From NCBI GenBank assembly GCA_964373695.1, contig CAYJVT010000013.1, positions 1 to 22,016 on the forward strand: a stretch of DNA of 22,016 nt. Direction: 5' to 3'. The position numbers and the translations under genes are program-made. Position 1 is the stretch's first letter; each line of letters begins with the position of its first letter. The stretch comes from an uncultured archaeon. GTDB lineage: Archaea > Aenigmatarchaeota > Aenigmatarchaeia > GW2011-AR5. Positions 15,681 through 22,016 of the stretch are shown here, one piece after another. A model generated the notes under the pieces. The model was not told the DNA's origin and searched no databases. It saw only the letters and a program-made list of their open reading frames with translations.

Positions 15681-16796
15681 TTATACTTTGACGACTTCCT
15701 TCCCCTTCATCGCCTTCGACACGAGCGAATCCATGTCAAGAGCCTTCTCAATGTCTTCCACTGCCACGATGTCCGCGCGCGTCTCAGGATGCTTCGCCAC
15801 CATGAACGAGCAGCAGTCCTGGTATTTCCTTATGGAGGCGTCGTAAGTGCCGATGCGCTTCGCCTCGTCCACGATTTCCTGCTTGTCCATGCCGATGAGG
15901 GGTGCAAGCACCGGATACGATGAAGCTGTGTAAATGCACCTCAGGTTTTGCATCGTCTGGCTCGCGACCTGCGACAGCGAGTCGCCGGTGACGAATGCCT
16001 TGGCATTCTCCTTGAGGAGTATTTTCTCCGATATGCGCAGCATGACGCGCCTGTAAAGCAGCATCCTGTACTTGTCCGGGCACGAAACGATAATCTCGTT
16101 CTGCGCCTCCCTGAAAGGGATGAAATAGAGCTTGCACGGGCCCTGGAATTTTTTCAGGACTTTCACTATGTCCGTGAGCTTGCTCCTGTCCTTCTGGGTA
16201 TAGAAATGCATAAAAATGACTTTGCAGCCGCGCTTCATCATGCGGACGGCCGCCACCGGACTGTCAATGCCGCCGGACAGCATGCAGACGGCCTTCCCGG
16301 CCGTGCCGACGGGCACGCCTCCCATCCCCTTTATCTTTTCCCCGTACACGAGGGCCGTGTCCGTGCCGACCTCGACGAAGAACTCGGCGTCCGGATTCTT
16401 CAAGTCGACCTTTTTCCTCATCTTCCATACGACTCCGGCCAGCTTCCTGTTGAGCTCCATCGAGTTCATGGGGAAGGACTTGTCGGAACGCGAGGCCGTT
16501 ATGCGGAACGTCCTGAAATCAAGCTTTTTAGCTTCTGAAACCAGCGCCTTTTCTATGGACTTCACATCGGGCCTGCAGGAAACAGCGTAGGAGAAATTGG
16601 CTATGCCCGGAATGGACGAAAGGGCGGCCGTAAGCTTCCTGGAAGGACGGGCCCTGGCCAGGAGGCTCCCGAACCTTATTTCAGGGGACAGGCCTGCCAA
16701 CAGTTTCACGTTTTCGGCCAGCTTCCTCTCGAAAAATCGCCTGTTTCCGCCTTTTATGCCTATTTCCGCATACCGTATGACAACAAAGCACGCCAT
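15681..16796 (-). CDS. thiI: tRNA 4-thiouridine synthase ThiI (THUMP + PP-loop, no rhodanese domain)
   Basis: RYAEIGIKGGNR, THUMP FRITASRSDKSF, PP-loop LSGGIDSPVA, GDSLSQVASQT, QDCC. Confidence 0.94.
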   Translation of the reverse strand: MACFVVIRYAEIGIKGGNRRFFERKLAENVKLLAGLSPEIRFGSLLARARPSRKLTAALSSIPGIANFSYAVSCRPDVKSIEKALVSEAKKLDFRTFRITASRSDKSFPMNSMELNRKLAGVVWKMRKKVDLKNPDAEFFVEVGTDTALVYGEKIKGMGGVPVGTAGKAVCMLSGGIDSPVAAVRMMKRGCKVIFMHFYTQKDRSKLTDIVKVLKKFQGPCKLYFIPFREAQNEIIVSCPDKYRMLLYRRVMLRISEKILLKENAKAFVTGDSLSQVASQTMQNLRCIYTASSYPVLAPLIGMDKQEIVDEAKRIGTYDASIRKYQDCCSFMVAKHPETRADIVAVEDIEKALDMDSLVSKAMKGKEVVKV

Positions 16797-16872
16797 ATAG
16801 AAGAAATTTGAGGATAGGCTTATAAAAGTTCCAGCAGTCTACTAATCTGTTGCATTTACGGAGGGGGCATCA

Positions 16873-18360
16873 ATGGACATCAATATCAGCAATGAAACCG
16901 CCGACATGATAAGTACAGGCCTGCTAGTGGCCGGTATGTTCGAGAAGGACACAAATGAAGAGATAAAGGGCCTTGACAAGCACCTGAAAGGCGCCATATC
17001 TTCCATGATATCGGAAGGAAGGTTCAAGGGCGAGTGGGGAGAGACGGAAACCACAGACACCCTCGGATGCATAGGGGCCGGGAGGATACTTCTCGTGGGC
17101 CTCGGGAAGAAGGAAGAGTTCACGCTCGAGAAGATGAGGAAGGCCGCCGGAATATCGGCGAAGGCCGCCCGCGACGGCGGCATAAAGAAATACGCCACGA
17201 GCCTGCAGAATGTCCAGATGAAAGAAAGCGTGCAGGACAGGTGCCAGGCGGTGGCAGAGGCAACGCTCATGGCGCTCTACGCCTTCAACAAGTACAAGAC
17301 CGACAGGAGCAAGATAAAAACAGTCGATTCGCTCTTCCTCGTGATGGAAGGCGGCCAGGAAGAGGCCAAGAAAGGCCTGGAGAGGGGGATTGTATATGCG
17401 GAAGCCGCCAACCTCGCAAGGGATGTCGTGAATACGCCGGCCAACATAATGACGCCGCAGGCATTCGCGGACGAGGCGAGGAAGATGTCAAAGGAATGCG
17501 GACTCAAAATCACCGTAATTGGAAAGAAAGAGCTTGAGAAGGCCGGCATGAACGCCATAATTGCGGTTTCTGAAGGCAGCGACAAGGAGCCGCAGCTCGT
17601 CATAATGGAATACCTCCCGGAAGCGAAAGAAAAAGTCGCGCTCGTCGGGAAGGGCGTCACGTTCGACACCGGCGGGCTCGACCTCAAGCCGTGGGATTCA
17701 ATGGAAAACATGAAATCCGACAAGGCGGGCGCCGCGGCCGTGCTCGGCGCGATGAAGGCGTGCGCAAAACTGAAGCCGAAAACCGGCGTCATAGGCGTGA
17801 TAGTCCTGACAGAGAACATGGTTGGGGAGAATGCCATGAAGCCCGGCGACATAATAAAGATGTACAACGGAAAGACAGTCGAGATAATGAACACGGATGC
17901 TGAAGGAAGATTGGTGCTGGCGGACGCCATAAGCTACGCGGAGAATAATTACAAGCCTTCAGCCATAGTAGACATCGGAACCCTCACGGGCTCCTGCATA
18001 ATCGCGCTGGGCTTCCATGCGTCGGGCCTCGTGAGCACGGATGATGAGCTGGCGAAGAGGATAACAGAAGCCGGAAGCAAGACATACGAAAGGGTGTGGC
18101 AGTTACCGTTCTGGGAGGAGTACCATGACGTCTACAAGAGCGACAACGCGGACGTCCGCAACGTCGGGAAGGAAAAATACGGACCAGGGGCCATAAGCGG
18201 CGCCGTATTCATAAAGCAGTTCGTCGGGAAGACGCCATGGGCGCACCTTGACATCGCGGGGCCGGCGTGGCTCAATTCCGGAAGGGAATACATACCGGCA
18301 GGCGGCACTGGATGGGGCGTACGCATCATGGCGCAGCTCATTGAGGACTGGAGACCCTAG
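16873..18360 (+). CDS. pepA: Leucyl aminopeptidase (M17)
   Basis: VGKGVTFDTGGLDLK, MKSDKAGAA, NTDAEGRLVLADA, WAHLDIAG; GGAGG RBS. Confidence 0.96.
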   Translation: MDINISNETADMISTGLLVAGMFEKDTNEEIKGLDKHLKGAISSMISEGRFKGEWGETETTDTLGCIGAGRILLVGLGKKEEFTLEKMRKAAGISAKAARDGGIKKYATSLQNVQMKESVQDRCQAVAEATLMALYAFNKYKTDRSKIKTVDSLFLVMEGGQEEAKKGLERGIVYAEAANLARDVVNTPANIMTPQAFADEARKMSKECGLKITVIGKKELEKAGMNAIIAVSEGSDKEPQLVIMEYLPEAKEKVALVGKGVTFDTGGLDLKPWDSMENMKSDKAGAAAVLGAMKACAKLKPKTGVIGVIVLTENMVGENAMKPGDIIKMYNGKTVEIMNTDAEGRLVLADAISYAENNYKPSAIVDIGTLTGSCIIALGFHASGLVSTDDELAKRITEAGSKTYERVWQLPFWEEYHDVYKSDNADVRNVGKEKYGPGAISGAVFIKQFVGKTPWAHLDIAGPAWLNSGREYIPAGGTGWGVRIMAQLIEDWRP

Positions 18361-18689
18361 ATGAGCTTATACAGCCTTAAAATCTCCATCATGCCATACT
18401 CAGTTCCGCTGCAGACCACCTCACTCGAAACTCTCCTGCCGGATTTCCGGTCCGCCATACAAATATCAACCATATACAAAAGAGCGTTTCTCTTTTCATC
18501 CGGATAGTTGAAAAGCACTATTTCCCGGGAACCGTCGGTGAAAACAACGGAAGGCGGACTACCTTCGTCGCAACTGAAAGTCCATCGTATATCCATGTAT
18601 CCATCGTTCGTTGCGAGCGTTATCAAGCCTTTATAAATCCTGTCCCTGACCACTTCAGATGTATCGTTCTTTACGTAACATTCCTGCAT
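18357..18689 (-). CDS. Hypothetical protein, 110 aa
   Basis: ORF convergent with and stop-overlapping pepA; TATA-like tract about 35 nt upstream. Confidence 0.55.
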   Translation of the reverse strand: MQECYVKNDTSEVVRDRIYKGLITLATNDGYMDIRWTFSCDEGSPPSVVFTDGSREIVLFNYPDEKRNALLYMVDICMADRKSGRRVSSEVVCSGTEYGMMEILRLYKLI

Positions 18690-18736
18690 ACCAAATCACA
18701 GGAAACTCTAATAAAAGCCAAGCATATAAGTTTATC

Positions 18737-18829
18737 ATGCAGGACGGGAAGCTCGAAGCGTTCGAAAGAAGGAAGAGGAAAGGCCGCAGGCCTTACAGGA
18801 AAGGCATTGGGAACAGGCTCGGTAGATAA
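18737..18829 (+). CDS. Possible highly basic microprotein, 30 aa
   Basis: MQDGKLEAFERRKRKGRRPYRKGIGNRLGR*: a GC-richer island within an AT-rich intergenic gap. Confidence 0.3.
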   Translation: MQDGKLEAFERRKRKGRRPYRKGIGNRLGR

Positions 18830-18873
18830 GAAATTTCTTCCGGGTTTAAATAATTTCACTCAAAAGTAATACA

Positions 18874-19410
18874 ATGGAGCTCGAAGGAAAGCGTGTTGTA
18901 ATTCTCTGCGCGGACGACTTCCAGGACATGGAGCTGATGTACCCGTACTACAGGCTCATCGAGGAAGGTGCCGACGTCTTCATAGTGGGCGTGAAGGACG
19001 GCGAATACAAGGGGAAATATGGGTATCCTGTAGAGACGAATGGCAGCGTAGACAACTATGAGCCGAAAGAATGCGACGCCGTCATCATCCCTGGCGGGTG
19101 GGCGCCGGACAAGCTGAGGCGCAGCAAGGACGTTCTCAATTTCATAAAGGCAATGGACGAGGAAGGCAAGATAATCGCCGCCATATGCCACGGCCCCTGG
19201 GTCCTGGTAAGCGCCGGCGTCGCCAACGGCCGCAGGATGACGTGCTTCAATGCGATAAAGGATGACATAGTGAATGCCGGCGCCGAATATTCCGACGAGT
19301 CTGTGATAATAGATGAAAATATAGTCACCTCAAGGACGCCGGACGACCTTCCGGACTTCTGCCGGGCCGTCATAGGCCTGCTGCAGCTCAAGAAAGCTGA
19401 AGCCGAGTAA
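18874..19410 (+). CDS. pfpI: PfpI/DJ-1 family protein
   Basis: DFQDMEL (conserved Glu), IIPGGWAPDKLR, nucleophile elbow AICHGPW, TSRTPDDLPDF. Confidence 0.93.
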   Translation: MELEGKRVVILCADDFQDMELMYPYYRLIEEGADVFIVGVKDGEYKGKYGYPVETNGSVDNYEPKECDAVIIPGGWAPDKLRRSKDVLNFIKAMDEEGKIIAAICHGPWVLVSAGVANGRRMTCFNAIKDDIVNAGAEYSDESVIIDENIVTSRTPDDLPDFCRAVIGLLQLKKAEAE

Positions 19411-19458
19411 TTTTTGCATTTTCTAAATCTTATAAACATTTGCGGCATATAAACGAAA

Positions 19459-20070
19459 ATGACTGTCAACAAAGAAATATTAAAGGATGTCCGGTCGTGG
19501 CACCTTTACAACGACATAAAGGGGATGGACTTCAACGGCTTCCTCGCCAAGACGGGCAAAAAGGAATGGGTGGCCATAGATCCGGCTACATTCACGGACC
19601 TCAACCACCTGAAGAAATTCAAGGTCAGTGCGGTCCTGCTGACGAATGCCGACCACGCCCGCGACGCGAATAAATTCAAGGACTTCTTCCAGTGCAAAAT
19701 CCTTGTCAATGAGAAGGATGCGCCGCTTCTGGAGGATGTAAAGGCTGACGGGACCTTCAAAAACGGCGATGTTATACACGGAATGCGCGTCGTGGAAGTG
19801 CCCGACAACAAGACCCCAGGCGAGTCCGCTTTCCTGTGGGAAGAACGCAAGATACTTTTCATTGGCGACGCCGTCGTTGGAAAGCCTATGTGGAAGCTGA
19901 ACCTGCTCGCAGACGACAAGTACAGGGACGTGAAAAAGGCGGCTGAAGGCATAAAGGTCCTTTACAATCTGGACTACGACACCATGCTGCTCGGCGACGG
20001 CGAGCACCCGATGTTGAAAGGGAAGGAATACCTGCTGGATTTCTTCAAGAGGCATGAAATAAAGATTTAA
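19459..20070 (+). CDS. Metallo-beta-lactamase-fold protein with a degenerate metal motif
   Basis: LLTNADHARDA (HxHxDH position), KTPGE, FIGDAV, LLGDG. Confidence 0.75.
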   Translation: MTVNKEILKDVRSWHLYNDIKGMDFNGFLAKTGKKEWVAIDPATFTDLNHLKKFKVSAVLLTNADHARDANKFKDFFQCKILVNEKDAPLLEDVKADGTFKNGDVIHGMRVVEVPDNKTPGESAFLWEERKILFIGDAVVGKPMWKLNLLADDKYRDVKKAAEGIKVLYNLDYDTMLLGDGEHPMLKGKEYLLDFFKRHEIKI

Positions 20071-20186
20071 ATAGGTTTTCAGGATTGTAATTCAAAGGCA
20101 TCACATTCCATATGAAGTAAGAGTCGCGGAGCCAGAAGCTCTGCTTGCTTCAGGAAAATCCTCAAAAAGGAAATCTTTTTGGGATG

Positions 20187-20603
20187 TCAAACGTCCAGAA
20201 CGACGCGCGCCTTCCATTTCCCGTTTTTTCTGACTTCGAACATGTGCATCGTCACGGCCTTCACGTCAACAAGCATTTCGTGCTTCTTCATGTCGAGCTT
20301 TTCACCGAAGATTTCTCCAGAAAGCGACGTCTCTGAAACCTTGATTTTGAATTTGCTGAAAATCAGGAGCTCCGAATCCTTGAGGAAGATAAGCTCTTCC
20401 AGGAATGCGTAAAGCAGCTTCTCCACGCTTTCAGCTTTGAGCATGATTTTCTTTTTCACCTTCGGCTTCACAGTCTTCAAGTCTTTTACCATTGTTTCTG
20501 TGGTGGCTTCCGCCGCCGAAACGAACATCTCCTCAAGCGTTTTGCCCTTCGCCTCGAATGCTACGTCGGCAAGCGATATGTTCTCGAGGAATTTGTACGT
20601 CAT
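20187..20603 (-). CDS. Archease (RtcB cofactor)
   Basis: ADVAFEAKGKTLEEMF, EELIFLKD, DVKAVTMH and C-terminal VVLDV. Confidence 0.92.
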   Translation of the reverse strand: MTYKFLENISLADVAFEAKGKTLEEMFVSAAEATTETMVKDLKTVKPKVKKKIMLKAESVEKLLYAFLEELIFLKDSELLIFSKFKIKVSETSLSGEIFGEKLDMKKHEMLVDVKAVTMHMFEVRKNGKWKARVVLDV

Positions 20604-20622
20604 ATTTACACATCCAAATACA

Positions 20623-20949
20623 TTAAGGATTTTTCATATTTGAGTCTGAAATCTTTTCCTTAACGCCGCTATAACATATATTTCTCTGCCAAGCATCTTC
20701 TATTTTATCGCATATTAAGAGGTTTTTTGTGTTAACGGCTACAACATTATAACATATATCCCTGTTTGATGCGACATATAATTTTTCGCAGGTTTGGGGA
20801 TTGTTTTCATTCATGCCGAATCCAAAGGCTCCTGCAGACAGAGTGTTATTGAAATTCCACACCAAAATAACCACACCCAGCAAAACCAATACAGCTATAA
20901 CAAAAAGAATCTTCAATTTAGTATTTATATCATTTCGCTTCTTTTTCAT
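20623..20949 (-). CDS. Single-TM membrane-anchored protein with Cys-pair repeats
   Basis: MKKKRND plus hydrophobic ILFVIAVLVLLGVVILVW, then TCEK..RDICY..ICDKI..RNICY; the start at 20949 gives an ATGA overlap with the GTPase stop; AT-rich. Confidence 0.7.
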   Translation of the reverse strand: MKKKRNDINTKLKILFVIAVLVLLGVVILVWNFNNTLSAGAFGFGMNENNPQTCEKLYVASNRDICYNVVAVNTKNLLICDKIEDAWQRNICYSGVKEKISDSNMKNP

Positions 20950-21827
20950 AGCCCGCACTTCCTTATCATCTCTTTTATTTTGTTTTCATGCTTTTTGACA
21001 CTGCTTCCTATAAAAACAAGCTTTGTCTTGCTGGCAGGAAATTCCTCCATGTCATACCTTCCCGCGACGTAGTTGAACAGGTATGAGCCGTCTTCGCAGA
21101 CAACAAATCCCTTCGCCCTGTAGATGTCTTCGGGCATGGATTTAACGAAGGAAACGAACTTTTCCATATCCAGTTTTCCTGCTTCGACTGTAAAGAACTG
21201 GATGCTGCCTTCTTCTATGTGGCTGTGCTCCTTCATGTCCACATATTTTGAGGAGTAAATGCCGAAAAGCATCTCTATGTCGACGCCGCATTTCACAGTC
21301 CGGAGCTTGACGGCCTTGGGGTTGATGCCGTGTATTTTCGCCTCAACCTCCTCCAGCTGCTTTTCTGTAACGAGGTCTTTCTTGTTGACGAGTATTATGT
21401 CGGCCATCTCAAACTGGACGCGGCCTGTGTAACCTATGCTGGGATACTTCACTATGGAATCGGCATCCGCCACGGTTATTATGGAGTCAAGCCTGACGCC
21501 CTTTATGTTCTCGTCTATGTCGACGACGATAGCATCAGGCTCCGCCACTCCTGTTGTCTCGACAATTATATGTTCGGGCTTGACTTTCTCTATGACCTCT
21601 TTCACGGCGGCCTCGAATTCGCCCGTGAGGGAGCAGCACACGCAGCCGCCCGAAAGCTCGACCATGTCGACGTTCTTGCCTTTAATGATTTCGCCATCAA
21701 TGCCGACCTCGCCAAACTCGTTCATTATCACTGCAATTCGGCGGTCGCTATCCGACAGTATGCGGCGCAGAAGCGTGGTCTTTCCGCTGCCCAGGTAGCC
21801 TGTAATCACCGATATGGGAATGCGCAT
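20946..21827 (-). CDS. COG0523/CobW-family G3E GTPase metallochaperone
   Basis: GYLGSGKTT, metal-binding GCVCC, ETTGVA, NKKDL, C-terminal YRAKG..LVFIG; TTATAA box at 21850-21855. Confidence 0.93.
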   Translation of the reverse strand: MRIPISVITGYLGSGKTTLLRRILSDSDRRIAVIMNEFGEVGIDGEIIKGKNVDMVELSGGCVCCSLTGEFEAAVKEVIEKVKPEHIIVETTGVAEPDAIVVDIDENIKGVRLDSIITVADADSIVKYPSIGYTGRVQFEMADIILVNKKDLVTEKQLEEVEAKIHGINPKAVKLRTVKCGVDIEMLFGIYSSKYVDMKEHSHIEEGSIQFFTVEAGKLDMEKFVSFVKSMPEDIYRAKGFVVCEDGSYLFNYVAGRYDMEEFPASKTKLVFIGSSVKKHENKIKEMIRKCGL

Positions 21828-21875
21828 AAGAAGTCTAGTTCAAAAGCCGTTATAAGCCTTTCAACAGGCGGTTCT

Positions 21876-22016
21876 GTCAACGGCCACCGCCTTCAGGCGG
21901 CGGCTTGTCTGCAAAAGAGCTTTGGTTTTCATACATTTGTGCATTCAAGTGCAACAGGTTTGTTGAGCACATGGCAGACTGAAAGTCTGCCTGTGCCGGA
22001 AGAGCACAGTCCCCAA
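21876..22016. mobile_element. IS200/IS605-superfamily terminal hairpin with adjacent structured sequence (candidate omega-RNA); element continues off the right edge
   Basis: GTCAAC-G-GCCACCGCC-TTCA-GGCGGCGGC-TTG (21876-21907) matches the GTCAAC...hairpin...GCTTG end pattern of TnpB/IscB elements. Further stems: GGCAGACT-GAA-AGTCTGCC (21973-21991) and CTGTGC-n7-GCACAG (21991-22008). Confidence 0.6.

Noticed and set aside
15630-19952. Antisense/alternate ORFs over thiI, pepA, pfpI and the MBL gene
   Set aside because: They overlap strongly supported genes and show no recognisable motifs.
1-22016. tRNA, rRNA or tracrRNA genes
   Set aside because: No T-loop/cloverleaf or rRNA-like stretch was recognised; a tracrRNA cannot be assigned without the CRISPR repeat, which is outside the window.

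Overview
Archaeal genomic window, most likely DPANN (inferred from the gene set: archaeal SepF, archease, a short DUF1931-type histone, XPD and a Cas14-type locus). A GC-rich housekeeping backbone (mre11-rad50, RNase HIII-type, sepF, SWIB + histone, XPD, thiI, pepA, pfpI, MBL-fold, archease, COG0523 GTPase) is interrupted by AT-rich accessory segments. (1) The left end holds a minus-strand operon cas1-cas2-cas4 followed by a 415-codon open frame (1246 to the window edge) that is missing from the ORF track. From recall it resembles the N-terminal half of Cas14c/Cas12f3 (type V-F); its RuvC domain, tracrRNA and CRISPR array would lie outside the window. (2) A 91-94 nt TA-flanked double-hairpin element occurs three times. 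One copy is nested in the central TATA of another with an exact TA duplication (7125-7315), and one abuts the stop codon of an AT-rich Fic gene (14333-14428). The copies show compensatory base changes and fixed bulged bases. (3) The right end carries an IS200/IS605-type terminal hairpin plus further stems (candidate omega-RNA). Several small ORFs absent from the track (two related Zn-ribbon microproteins, a SWIB protein, a histone) were read by hand. No CRISPR array, tRNA or rRNA was seen. Family assignments come from motif recognition, not database searches.
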